From Octopus vulgaris (lineage: Eukaryota), in contig OX597834.1 of the NCBI GenBank assembly GCA_951406725.2, positions 41,602,001-41,666,000 of the forward strand: a DNA stretch of 64,000 nucleotides, read 5' to 3'. A model generated the notes under the pieces. The model saw only the letters and a list, made by a program, of their open reading frames with translations. It was not told the DNA's origin and did no database searches. A program made the translations under genes and the position numbers. This document shows, in pieces, positions 16,038 through 29,362 of the stretch (within the stretch, counting starts at the first letter, position 1; every line of letters starts with the position of its first letter).

Positions 16038-17166
16038 TCTGGATAGGAAGACAAGAAAACAACTAACATCTAAGAACATGCACCATCCGAAAGCAGACGT
16101 TGATCGTCTGTACCTACCTAGAAGTAATGGGGGAGGAGGAATGAAGCAGGTAGAATTGTGCTATAAGACCTCCACAATTGCAATGAACAAGTACTCATCT
16201 AGCACAGAGGACTGGACGCTGCGGCTTGTGTGCAAACACGAAAGCAGCAAAAAGTCACATTCTTCTGCCAAGGAAGCTTGCAACTTCGCAAGGAAACTTG
16301 GCTTTAACCCTGAAATAGATAAAGAACCTGAAACCATTGCTACAAAACAAACAAAACGGATCAAGCAGGCTGCAAAAAAGAACTGTTGGAAACAAAGTGA
16401 GGAGCGGTGGAGCCAGGTGTCTCTGCATTGACAGTATATACTTCGAAGTCGAAACGCTGATGTAGACCAAGTAACAACCCATCAGTTGTTGAGAAGTTCA
16501 GGTCTGAAAGCAAAGACGGAAGATTTCATATAGGCGGCACAAAATCAAAGCTTGCTTACAAAAACTATCTGGCTAACGTCTCTTCAAAACGGTTCTAAAT
16601 GCAGATTCTGTGACACATTTGACGAAACAGTAGACCATCTCGTCTCGGGATGTCCTGTGCTGACACCAAACGAATACAAAAATCGTCACGATAGGGTAGG
16701 AGAGTGTGTACATCGGAATATATGTAAACACTGAAAAATCAGTACTCTTGCTTACTGGTATGAACATCATCCTGAGCCAGTCGTTGAAGGTAAAAATGTC
16801 ACTATCTTCTAGGATTTTCCAGTCAACACTGACAGAACGATCCAGGTTAATCGACCAGACATGATTATTAAAGACAGAAGAAAATACTTGTAGACTGATA
16901 GGTGTAAGTATTCCCACTGATAAAAATATATCTGTAAACGAATTTCACAAATTAAGTAAATATAAGGACCTGGAAATTGAAATACAAAAGATGTGACATC
17001 TTAAAGTGATAACTGTTCCTGTTATTGTAGGTGCTCTAGATATGATAAAAAAAAGGGATGTCAGAAACATCTAGATAGCATCCCAGGAGAACCATGTCTC
17101 AGAGAAATCCAAAAGATTGTGCTGACAAGTACCGGCCACAGCCTTTGAAAAACCCTATCCATTTAA
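16038..17166 (+). mobile_element. R4/Dong-clade (restriction-like endonuclease) non-LTR retrotransposon fragment, with stops and frameshifts
   Basis: HHPKADVDRLYLPRSNGGGG; AAQNQSL; CRFCDTFDETVDHLVSGC; YKNRHDRV; TDRTIQVNRPDMII; KYKDLEIEIQK. Confidence 0.88.
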
Positions 17167-17728
17167 ATGTCTGTGTTGTATTACGTGAAGATAATTCGCT
17201 ACTGCCCCTCTCATTTCCCCTACCCAAGATTTCAGTCAAAGAAATCGAATCACGCGTTTGAGAAAAAAGACTAAAGTTTTAAGTTAATGTATAAAAATAC
17301 GAATGCAAATCGAGCAATTGGAAAAGAATACTAAAAATAGTAAAATCAATCACAAGTGTGAAATGAGGTCAGCGAAATGGGGTCCCTGTTGCAGCGAGTG
17401 TGGCTGAACCTTCTCCGTGGCAATGCCTCTCCAATGATGTCCGCCAGGATCGGCTAAATACGCCATTTGATCTGAAGTGTTACAACTCATTACGCCCACT
17501 CACTCCACCACATCTTCTGCGGCTAAATCTTCCTTTATTTTTACATTTTTTTTTTGGGGGGGGGTTTCTTGGTGAGGTAGTTATGGGTTTTTTCTCAGTA
17601 ATTTGATATTTTATACTTCAATTTGTAATCTGGTATGCAAAATTCTCTATGTGAATTCGTGTGCTGAAACAATTTTTTTTGTGTGTCCAGTGCATGTTAT
17701 TAATACTGGCAATATATGACTCTCCTTA

Positions 17729-17961
17729 AAGGCGGCATGCTGGCAGAATCGTTAACACACCAGGCGAAATGCTTTGCGGTATTTCGTCTGCTGCTACGTT
17801 CTGAGTTCAAATTCCGCCGAGGTCGACTTTGCCGTTCATCATTTCAGGGTCGATTAAATAAGTACCAGTTACGCACTGGGGTCGATGTAATCGACTTAGT
17901 CCCTTTGTCTGTCATTGTTTGTCCCCTCTATGTTTAGCCCCTTGAGGGCAATAGAGAATTA
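17729..17961 (+). mobile_element. SINE family C, full length
   Basis: Same body as the 10992 copy; TSD AATATATGAC(T/C)CTCCTTA at 17711-17728 and 17962-17979. Confidence 0.9.
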
Positions 17962-18380
17962 AATATATGACCCTCCTTAGCGACAACAAAATGTTGTTTT
18001 ATACTTTAATAGTTTTTCTTTCTTCTCTTCCTGTAAAAATATGTTGTTAACGAATAAAGTCTATAATATATTTCTCATTCAAAATATTGACTAAAATTTG
18101 GAACTGTCTTAGTGACTGCGATCTGAATATCTCTCTGTAGATTCCGGCGGTTATTACATTTTGTCTTGAATTGACAAAAGGGAACCGAATCGAGACCCAC
18201 AGAAATATGTCGTTGCGAAGACAATGAGAACACAGTAGTTAGTCTTAATCCCATAAGAGCTAAATCTACATCAGTAGATTAATCCTTTCTACTATAGGCA
18301 CAAGGCCTGGAATTCTGGGGGAGGGAGTAAGTCGATTACATCGACCCCAGTACTCAATATATATGTATGTATATATATAT

Positions 18381-18715
18381 GAAGGCGCATGGCTCAGTGG
18401 TTAAAGCGTCGAGCTTACGAACGTGAGGTTGTGAGTTCGAATCCCAGACCGGGCTGCGTGTTGTGTTCTTGAGCAAGACACTTTGTTTCACATTGCTCCG
18501 TTTCACTCACCTGTAGTAATGAGTTGCGACGTCCCTGGTGCCAAGCTGTATCACCCTTTGCCTTTCCCTTGGACAACATTGCTGGCGTGGAGAGGGGAGG
18601 CCGGTATGTATGGGCGACTACTGGTCTTCCATAAACAATCTCGCCCGGACTTGTGCCTGGGAGGGTAACTTTCTAGGTGCAATCCCATGGTCAGTCATAA
18701 CCGAAGGGGGACCTC
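18381..18715 (+). mobile_element. SINE family A, tail type 1, full length
   Basis: A box TGGCTCAGTGG 18390-18400; B box GTTCGAATCC 18435-18444; CORE-like TTGTGTTCTTGAGCAAGACACTTT. Confidence 0.88.
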
Positions 18716-19111
18716 AGCATGTATATAATGCAGATTTTATATATACAAACTCAGTTTCGGTCTACCAAATCTACTCACAAGGCTTTGGTTGACCCAAGGC
18801 CATAATAATGGAAACCCGCCCATGGTGCCACGCCAGTGGAATTAAACCCGGAACTAGGTGGTTGGGAATCAAAATTCTTACTACACATGCATGTGTGTGC
18901 GTGTGTGTGTGTTTGTCCTTCTCATCTCTCCCTCCCTCTCTCTCTCTCTCTCTCTCTATCTCTCTTCCTCCGTCTCATTTTAAAATTAATTAGCGACAAA
19001 TTAATTAGTCGCTTCTTGACGTACTGTACTTCTATTCCCTTTAATCACCAGTTTCATTCATAACACACACATACGCACACACTCACACACATACACAAAC
19101 ACACACATTCA

Positions 19112-19146
<35 letters not shown>

Positions 19147-20863
19147 ACACATTCACTCACACACACACACATTCACTCACACATTCACTCACACACACAC
19201 ACACACACTTATATGAATATATATATTTCTATCCACATACATTCATGAATACATACATAGAGACACATAAATATGTTGTTACGTACACACGTATGTCTGT
19301 ATATATATATGTATGCGTGTATATGTATGTATATGTATGCATATATGTATGAATGCATGTATGAATGTATGTATGTATGTGTGTGTGCGTGTGTGTGTGT
19401 GTATGTGTGTGTGTGTGTGTACTTCCATTTTATTTCTCGAACTTTCTAAAAGCTATTCATTCTTTCCCTCGGCCTTAGTTACCGGTGATTTCTTTTTATT
19501 GTGTGCGTACCTCTCTAAAGTGTCTCCCAAATTATCTGTCTATATATGCATGCATGCATGCATGTATGTATGTATGTATGTATGTATGTATGTATGTATG
19601 TATGTATGTATGTATGTATGTATGTATGTATGTATGTATGTATGAATTTATGTATATATGTATGTATGCATGTATGTATGTACGCGTAATTCCTATAACT
19701 CGTCCTGCTTCAAGCAACTGTATATATCCGGTTGTCCCGTTATTATCGTCTGTGCGTGTGTCATACGGTGACTTTGATGTCGTCAAGACAGAGGTGATTG
19801 TTTAGACGAAACCTAAAACCTGATAAGAATGTCGTTTCTTTTCTTTATTTTGTTATTCTTTTTTTGTTGCTGTTGTTATTGTTGCCATTGTTGTTGGTGG
19901 TGTTGGTAGTGTTTTATGTGTGTGTGAGTGAGTGGCCTCTGTTTTCGTTTCGTTTCATTCTCTTTTGTGTTTTGCTTTTGTTTTCTTTGTGTAGGTTATT
20001 TATTTTTTGTTGAAAAAAAAATGACTAAAACGGTTAATTTTCTTTGTCTTCTCAAGAATAACATTAAAATGTTTACCTGTAAATGACCTTGAAGACTTGA
20101 CAGGTGGTTGGCTCCAAACGTTAAGTGCTTCCGTTTAACAGCCAGGACAGAGAAGCCAAAATTGGATCGTGTTCAAATCCGGCTAGCGAACTTAAACACG
20201 AACTCGTTTTTGGTGGAATTTGGTAGACAAAAGCCTGTCGTACACACACACAAACACACAAACACACACACACACACACTCATACATATACATGTTCCGT
20301 TAACCAAGTATCCATCGATCCAATTGATTTTATTTAACATTACTTTTTTATGCTTCATCATTTATTTTTTTGTCTAACTAGAAAAGAGAAATTAATGGTC
20401 AACAACTAATTGATTTTTATTTACCTTATTCTACTTCAATATTGTTGATCCATTAGTGAATATGTATTCCAGTAGTAGAAAGTGTAACCAATTTGAGAAA
20501 GCGGGGACAAGAAAACTTGTGAATCCCACAAGTTAAGCAATTGATATTGCACTGCATTTAAAAAGAGATGAAAACCGAATGGGCCATTGCGCGTGAATAT
20601 AACGCCAGGTTCTTGCTAAGAAGCAAAAGAACAAATAAACGCAAATTATGACAACTGATTCAGAAGCAATTAGATGTTGATGTGCAGCAGAAAAGAGAAA
20701 AAAGACACTAGAAGTAATACTTTTTAATTGGTTTAGATCAAAGCGATCCGCGTGTTTTTACCGATTTAAGGATCATGGTCATTGGACATGCAAAGCAGTT
20801 ACAAGAAAATAAGAATATTGCAGCGACTCATTAGTTTATTATAATTGGCTGGTGTTGTTGTTG

Positions 20864-21225
20864 TGACCCCCTTCGGTCATGAATGACCATGGGATTGCAC
20901 CTAGAAAGTTACCCCCCGAGGCACATGTCTGGGTGGGCAAGGTTGTTTATGAAAGACCAGCAGTCACTCAAACATACCTATTTCTTTACTACCCACAAGG
21001 GGCTAAACACAGAGGGAACAAACAAGGACAGACAAACGGATTAAGTCCATTATATCGACCCCATTGCGTAACTGGTACTTATTTTATCGACCCCGAAAGG
21101 ATGAAAGGCAAAGTCGACCTCGAGTCACTCAAACATACCGGCCTCCCCTCTCCACGCCACCAGTGTTATCCAAGGGAAAGGGAAAGGGGCCGATACAGCT
21201 TGGTACTAGTGACGTCGCAGCTCAT
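20864..21225 (-). mobile_element. SINE family A tail interrupted by a truncated family C SINE (20979-21122)
   Basis: 17-bp TSD AGTCACTCAAACATACC at 20962-20978 and 21123-21139. Confidence 0.85.
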
Positions 21226-21515
21226 TTATTAACATGCAAGTGGCTGAGCACTCCACAGACACGTGCACCCTTAACGCAGTTCTCGAGGAGATTCAGCGTG
21301 ACACAGGGTGTGACGGTTAAAGGAGGCTGGCAGGGTAATCTTCACTATGGATTCAGCTGATAGCCGGATCCGTCCTACACGCAACAGCAGCTGTTCGACA
21401 TAAACCCACTGGTCAGCAATGCTCGGTCACTGGACGAATGCGTGCAGAACATTTTCATTGCTCTGAGCGAACCTCGGGCAAGCTCGGCTGATGGCACTTC
21501 CGTGCCTGTTGAGTT

Positions 21516-21587
<72 letters not shown>

Positions 21588-21592
21588 AAGTT

Positions 21593-21637
<45 letters not shown>

Positions 21638-21839
21638 ATAATAAAATAAATAAATATAAGTATATGTATGTGTCTAATGTAATAAGTCTAATGAAAGGAT
21701 TTTGGGGTGCACACAAGCCATTGCATGTAACCCAATAATCAAAAGCATGTCACATATTCAACAGAGAATCTGACTTTGACTTTCGAAGGTTTGTTCTAGG
21801 TGCCCTGCCTATCGAAAGAATTTCAACAAAGCTCCACAA

Positions 21840-21887
<48 letters not shown>

Positions 21888-22099
21888 AACGCTTGTGGTT
21901 CACAGACTGCTTCCGCAATGGAACATCTATCCATATCTATGGTACTGATTTGCTGTAGGCTTGATTAATTACAGCTTAATTAATTAAAGTTAAATAGGTT
22001 TGACATGGATGCAGCTTAATGCTAGAGCTAGGTTTCCACACCAAACTCCGACACCTATTGTTTAGTCAGCCAATGACGATGCCACAGGATACTGACTTA

Positions 22100-22233
22100 T
22101 TCTTAAACAGATTTCGTATCTTTTTGTAAAAATTTGGATTAAAATTCTTAAACAGTTTTCGTTTAAAGATACGAAAACTGTTTAAGAATTTTAATCCAAA
22201 TATTTACCAAAAGATACGAAAACTCTTTAAGAA
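22100..22233. repeat. Near-perfect palindrome with 63-bp arms and an 8-nt loop
   Basis: 22100-22162 versus 22171-22233, about 4 mismatches. Confidence 0.9.
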
Positions 22234-22465
22234 TTTTAATCCAAATTTTTACAAGATTCTGACTTATTGGCTGCTGAAGCATTTCGTAATGTTACCATCT
22301 TTATAAATATACCTCTACTGAGCCCAAACCTTTAATTTCTTTTGTTGCTATTGTTAACTCCAGCTCAACCCTGATTCAGCAGACTTATAGAGCAAAAATG
22401 TCCCATTTGTGATCTTCCCATACTTTAATTAATCCCAGCGACAGCGTATCTGTGTCTACGTTGTG

Positions 22466-22775
22466 AAAGCGCGTGGCTTTGTGGTTAGGGTATTCGGGTC
22501 ACGATCGTAAGGTCCTGAGTTCGATTCCCGCCGGTGCATTGTGTACTTGAGCAAGATACTTTATTTCACGTCGCTCCAGTCCACTCAGCTGGCAAAAATG
22601 AGTCAGTTGTACCTGCAATACAAAGGCCCAGCCTTGCCACATTCTGTATGATATTGAATCTCCCTGAGGACTACGTTAAGGGTACGTGTATCTGTGGAAT
22701 ACTCAACCACTTGCACGTTAATTCTACGAACAGGATACACCATTGATGGGAACTGGTGCATTCTTCGTTGTAATC
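22466..22775 (+). mobile_element. SINE family A, tail type 2
   Basis: Same head and core as family A; tail AAAGGCCCAGCCTTG...CTGAATCTCCCTGAGGACTACGTTAAGGGTAC. Confidence 0.82.
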
Positions 22776-22793
22776 AATATGTTTCTCTGAATT

Positions 22794-23128
22794 GCTTAGC
22801 CGTAGAATGACCCTGAACAAGGATACCTATGATTAGCCATAGAATGGCCCTGAACAAGGATACCTATGATTGGCCGTAGAATGGCTCTGAACAAGGATAC
22901 CTATGATTAGCCGTAGAATGACCCTGAACAAGGATACCTATGATTAGCTGTAGAGTAGCCCTGAACAAGGATACCTATGATTAGCCGTAGAATGGCCCTG
23001 AACAAGGATACCTATGATTAGCTGTAGAGTGGCCCTGAACAAGGATACCTATGATTAGCCGTAAAATGGCCCTGAACAAGGATACCTATGATTAGCCGTA
23101 GAATGGCCCTGAACAAGGATACCTATGA
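22794..23128. repeat. 37-bp minisatellite array 1 (9 slightly diverged units)
   Basis: Unit GATTAGCCGTAGAATGGCCCTGAACAAGGATACCTAT. Confidence 0.95.
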
Positions 23129-24632
23129 CAAAAGACACTCCGGTCCCCTATTTCTACGTCTTTGTATTTGAGATAATCATAGTATCCTACAACTTTTGGA
23201 AACTTGTGACACACCTTCAAGGCTTACATCACACCCACAATTATCAGAATAGTCTGGACATTTAAACCCCTTGCTTCCACCACGACCCCCCTTATACGCC
23301 CCATCTAAATATAGCTATTATTAAGCATTTGTTTCTGTGAATGTATTGTTATATCTTTCAATGGGAAATAATTTCATTTACTTGGATTAAATATCTATAA
23401 AGAGACACGTTTTGTCTGTGTACTGTTTAACAAATATCTGGGTGGGTTTTGTCTCTTTATCTCTCTTTCGGTATGTACAGACATGTCCCATATTATTGTA
23501 GCTCTGTCATCTTTTGGACAATTGCTTGTTGTATGTGCTTCGGCGACACGTTTTCTGGGTCAGTTATACGGCACTGGGAAAGAGTTCAGTTCAGATGACA
23601 GTGTCCGTAGCTATCATCTCTGTTCTACTTGTTTATACAGTGAGATGGGACGGGGGAGTGAGAGACTTGATAAGAATAGCGAACTTGAGGTTACGATGTG
23701 CAGTATATTGTAACTCCCATTATCTATAGACGCAGTTGGTGATTCTGGTGTGAGTGGAGGGGGAGCAGAGAATGTTATGAGGGGCTTTATATAGTGGTTA
23801 GGGGCATAGTGGTGTGGAAATCTTCAGTTTCTGCATATGATTACGGTGACGATGGTGATTTTACGATAATACGACCATGATGATTACGGCTCAGCATGAC
23901 CATTACCACCACCGCCGACACCGTCGCCGCCACTGCTGCTGCTGCTGCTGCTGCTGCTACTACTACTACTACTACTACCACTACTACTACTACTACTTAC
24001 AATTTCTGCCGAAGTGCCTCGACAATGGACAGGTGTTGTCACTGTATATTTAGGTCTGTCTTTCAACAGCTCATCTCCTCCATTGAGAACTGCAGTACAG
24101 GTTCAAGCAAGAATCCAAGATTGGGTTTTTGGTAACTACAATCCTGCCAGACACTTTCAGTTCTTGACCCCCAAGGGTCAGGTAAACCCTGGTTTAGAGA
24201 TACATTATTGTCAGTTTTAACTGATACTTGGATTAGTAGGATACCTTCCATACTCCTGACGACAACCTGTCTGATTAGCTTTCGTGTGTTGTGCGTACTC
24301 GTGCGCGTGTGTGTACGTCTGTATGTACTTAGATTGGCTTATCCCAGAGTATGGTCTCTTTATCACTCTTTGAAAACATCTGTAATAATAATCAGTCATT
24401 CTACTGTAAGAATGCCCCAATTCTGACATTCCTGAAGATTTATTTCATCTTAAGATTACGCACGCAGAGATATTAAAACTATTCAACCAAAGAATTCGTG
24501 GCGAGTTGATTTCCCAGACTCCTCATTATTTGCATCTACGTAATGTATTTTGTTTCTTTGCATAATTGCGGTGACCTGTGGGGTGAAGACTTGCATTCAA
24601 GAATCCTTCAGTTTCAGTTTTGACTCAGTTTT

Positions 24633-25024
24633 GATTAGCCGTAGAATGGCCCTGAACAAGGATACCTATGATTAGCCGTAGAATGGCCCTGAACAAGGAT
24701 ACCTATGATTAGCCGTAGAATGGCCCTGAACAAGGATACCTATGATTAGCCGTAGAATGGCCCTGAACAAGGATACCTATGATTAGCCGTAGAATGGCCC
24801 TGAACAAGGATACCTATGATTAGCCGTAGAATGGCCCTGAACAAGGATACCTATGATTAGCCGTAGAATGGCCCTGAACAAGGATACCTATGATTAGCCG
24901 TAGAATGGCCCTGAACAAGGATACCTATGATTAGCCGTAGAATGGCCCTGAACAAGGATACCTATGATTAGCCGTAGAATGGCCCTGAACAAGGATACCT
25001 ATGATTAGCCGTAGAATGGCCCTG
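24633..25024. repeat. 37-bp minisatellite array 2 (10.6 identical units)
   Basis: Same unit as array 1; no variants seen. Confidence 0.95.
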
Positions 25025-25677
25025 GTTTTTTCAATTTACAATAACGGCTTCAAACCCACACCTTCAATATAACTTGGTGAGGGGAGCGGTTTCTGCTCAT
25101 CTGATCTCCGTTATTTTTTTATGGCTTAGTCATAGGAAGAAGGGTCAATGTTCATGTCCTTTTTCACAGGACCTCTGACAATAGCGGCGAGGTCAGGGGT
25201 GGGAGAAGAAACTACAAATTCTGGGTGGCTGCTTTTCTTTTATGTTTCAGAACAACCAGCCAGCTGTCACCATCTCACCATTTCGCTTCTTGGGAACTAC
25301 AATGTCCATTGTATTCATATTCACTTAAGACGGCGTAATGTAGAGGTCCGTTGGTGCTAGAATTAGGAAACAGTGCATCGGCATATAGTTCGCACAACTG
25401 AGATTCTTGTTCGAATGATTGGCACAGAGTGGATTCAAATAAAGATGCGTCTAACGGCCACTTAGCGATATTAAACTATGTGACTGATGACAAATTATCA
25501 CCTACAAACACATTCGGGACATCCGACCCTAACAACTTCACTCAAAAGGCTTGGTTCTACTAGAAGCTAAGGTGGAATACACTGGTCAAAGGCGCAGCGC
25601 AGGAGGAACGAACGCAAAACCATGTTGTCAGGAAATGAAAATCTTATTCACACGTTTATTATTACTGGTCAAATATA

Positions 25678-25893
25678 AGGCGGCGAGCTTGGCAGAATCG
25701 TTATTGTACCGGGTGAAATGCTTAGCGGCATTTTTCGTCTGTCTTTACGTTCTGAGTTCAAGATCAACCGAGGTCGACCTTGGTTTTCATCCTTTCGGGG
25801 TCGATAAAATAAGTACCAGTCGAGCACTGGTATCGATGCAATTGATATACTTCCTTCCGAAAATTGCTGACCTTGTGCCAAAATTTGAAACCA
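25678..25893 (+). mobile_element. SINE family C (alternative tail)
   Basis: Family C body; flanking TSD TTATTACTGG(T/C)CAAATAT. Confidence 0.85.
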
Positions 25894-26096
25894 TTATTAC
25901 TGGCCAAATATTTACGTGACTTAACTTGAAGAGTTATAAATAAGGTAAAATATCTGAACCGTGACAGTAATTTAATCTGGGCCGATTAGTATAGACAAAA
26001 GCCCATTATATAAAACATCGATCATTAAACATCAATTATGAAACATCATTCTTTGAAGAAACGGATATCTTTATTCAGATTAGTTTCCTTCCTTAG

Positions 26097-26574
26097 CGTG
26101 TCTCAGCTGATTTAACTTGTCTTAAATGGATTAACGTGTACCGGCTGGTTTGACATGTCCCAGGTCAACCAACTGGGGCAACTTAAACTAGGTGCGACAC
26201 TTTTAACGCATTTGAGACATTTCAAAGCAAGCTGGAACATGTTAAACCAGATGAGACGGGTTAAACCAACGAGAATGCGTTGAACCAGCTGAGACGCGTT
26301 GAACCAGTTTGGACACGTTAGACCAGATGGAAAGCATTAAATCAGGTAGGACGTGTTAAACCGGCCAGATCACGCTAACCCAGGTGAACCGTGTAAAATC
26401 TGACAAAGCGCAATGACCCTTTTGGGAGAATTTAACAAAGCTGGGATGCGATAACCCAGTTGGTATAAGATAAACTAGCAGCGGCAAGGTAACTCCATTG
26501 GAACACATTAATCTAGTTGGGTTACGTTAATACGGTTGGGTCACTTTACCTACTTGAGTCATACTAATCCAGCT
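26097..26574. repeat. Degenerate 19-bp minisatellite with an internal orientation switch
   Basis: Consensus about TTAAACCAGCTGAGACGCG; about 3.5 reverse-complement units to about 26163, then more than 20 forward units. Confidence 0.8.
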
Positions 26575-27559
26575 ATTTTGATTATTTGTCTCGTAGAGCT
26601 GGTAAACAATAGTGCCATTGATTATAGGATTTTAACGAGACATCGATTGGTTCACTCCATTTACAATGGCCAGTCAGACGAAGAAACTTCTTTACATATG
26701 TGGAGAATAAATGCCACAACATACTTTTTGCTTAAACACATCAATTTCTTCCTAAGTTTCTCGTCAATGTGCACGTTTCACAGAAACACACCTACGCACA
26801 CCAACATATATACCATAATACATACGTACATATACACTCACATATACATACGCAGACACACTCACACGTACATAGATACATATATACGTACATACACAAT
26901 AATATATATATACATACAATAATATATATGAGGTGGGATATCGCTCGGTAACCCAAAGGGTTACCACTATGCACTTTAGATATCATATTAACATTCTAAA
27001 AACATAAAAAGTGTATTTGATTTTAATCCAATGTTTTCAACATCTAAAATAACATCTGAAGGTTCAATATACTGCTATGGAAAAATAAATAAGGAGTTAG
27101 CTTGCAGTATTATTTGGCAAAGCAAGCTAGAAGAAATGTCCCTGCTTGCTTCAGGGTTCTTAACTGTCGTTCACAGGACTGTAACCATAGCCACTTAATG
27201 GCCCTGTAGTATTTACAAATATTCGTAACGGAGCTCGGGCAGTTTATATCTCATTCCATATCATGAGCTAGAAGAAAACCACTAAGCCTTATCTTATTAA
27301 GGGGAATAACTTTTATATCTTGACAAGAATCTCAAACATTTGTCAATTGAAAAGATAATGTTTTTTTTTTTATGTACGTACGTACTAAATAGTTGCACCT
27401 GAAAATGACAAGACATACACATATATTGGTGTACTATGTGGTAGGTAGCCTGGTCCACTGAAGAAGCTTTTTTGTGAGTACCACCGGATTAGACACATCC
27501 ATGTATTGTGCATTAAATTTATAAACACACACACACACACACACACACACAATATATAT

Positions 27560-27876
27560 GAAGGCGCGTGGCTTAATGGTTAGGGCACTCGGCTCATGAC
27601 CGTGAGGTTGTGAGTTCAATTCCCGGCGACGCGTTGTGTCCTTGAGCAAGACACTTTATTTCATGTTGCTCTAGTCCTGTCTACTGGCAAGAATGAGTTG
27701 TACCTGTATTTCAAAGGGCCAGCCTTGTCACGCTGAATCTTCCTGGGAAATATGTTAAGGGTACACTTGTCTGTGGAGTGCTCAGCCACTTACACGTTAA
27801 TTTCACGAGCAAGCTGTTCCGTTGATCATATCAGCTGATCAGCTGGGATCCTCGTTGTCTTAACCGATGGAGTGCT
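27560..27876 (+). mobile_element. SINE family A, tail type 2
   Basis: GAAGGCGCGTGGCTTAATGGTTAG...GTGTCCTTGAGCAAGACACTTT...AACCGATGGAGTGC. Confidence 0.85.
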
Positions 27877-27877
27877 C

Positions 27878-27938
<61 letters not shown>

Positions 27939-28264
27939 CAGTCAAATGACTGAAACAAGTAAAAGAGTATGTATGTGTATATGTATCTGTATGTGTATGT
28001 TAGATACATGTGTTGATTTTTTTGTTTACACTTTGTTTATTCTCCGTTTTTTCCTCCTTATTTTGAAATTTATCCGTTGGCCAGATTAGTTTATAGTTTA
28101 TTACACAGACAGACTCGAAAATACATTAACGTGTCCCTGTTTCTCTTCCTTTTTCCTCTTTTTTACAATTTATTTGCAAATATCCGTTCAGTTTCTCTGG
28201 CACAGCCTTTTTATTTTTCCTTCTAATTTTTTTTTTGGTAATACCTTTTTTGATGTTTTCCTTT

Positions 28265-28401
<137 letters not shown>

Positions 28402-28424
28402 GCATATATATATCTATGTATGTG

Positions 28425-28461
<37 letters not shown>

Positions 28462-28462
28462 C

Positions 28463-28512
<50 letters not shown>

Positions 28513-28558
28513 CATAAATATATGTATCGATATATATATATATATAAGCATTTATATA

Positions 28559-28634
<76 letters not shown>

Positions 28635-28729
28635 CTATTATGCAAAAGTGTTGCAAGTCCAAAAAATGTATGTGTGTATTTGTGTGGGGGAAAATAGACA
28701 GACAAGCAGACACAGACAGACAGATAGAC

Positions 28730-28852
<123 letters not shown>

Positions 28853-28916
28853 CGGACATTTACATATACAATTTTTTTTTACTGCCATAAACATCATTCG
28901 CGTTTGCATATTACAG

Positions 28917-29103
28917 ATTACGTCATCTCACTGATGTGAACGACCAACAGCAATGCACCATTGACACTCTTAATGATGACATCTCTCGACGTGTTGCTGA
29001 CTGCGAAATGCTGAGAAGGAAGGTTCAAGAACTCGAGAAACAACTCGCTGACTGGAAAGCTAGACACGGCCATTTGGAAGGCCAACTTCACCAAGTTAGA
29101 TTG
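28917..29103 (+). CDS. IF protein exon 2 (long coil 1B)
   Basis: TTACAG| acceptor; (Q)[12 protein letters not shown]...QLHQVRL; donor TTG|GTAAGA; 187 nt. Confidence 0.92.
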
Positions 29104-29313
29104 GTAAGATGTAATTTAACTTATTAGAACCCGAATTCTTTACTGTTTCGTAGGCGCAGCCGTGGCTGTGTGTGTTAAGGAGCTTGCTTCTTAACCACCT
29201 AGTTCTGGGTTCAGTCCCACTGCGTGGAACCTTGGACAAGTTTCTTCTACTGTTGCCTCGACTTTCCAAAGCCTTGTGAGTGGATTTGGTAGACCGGAAC
29301 TAATAAGTCCGTC

Positions 29314-29351
<38 letters not shown>

Positions 29352-29362
29352 CTGACCTCCGT

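Noticed and set aside
18381-18455. tRNA-Arg-like gene (A and B boxes, ACG loop)
   Set aside because: It runs straight into SINE core and tail and is multicopy with divergence, so it is a SINE head.
21330-21520. GC-richer open frame YTQQQLFDINPLVSNARSLDECVQNIF
   Set aside because: No recognisable homology, start codon or convincing splice sites.
22794-25024. 37-bp repeats as a CRISPR array
   Set aside because: Units are head-to-tail with no spacers, no cas genes are present, and the context is a eukaryotic intron.
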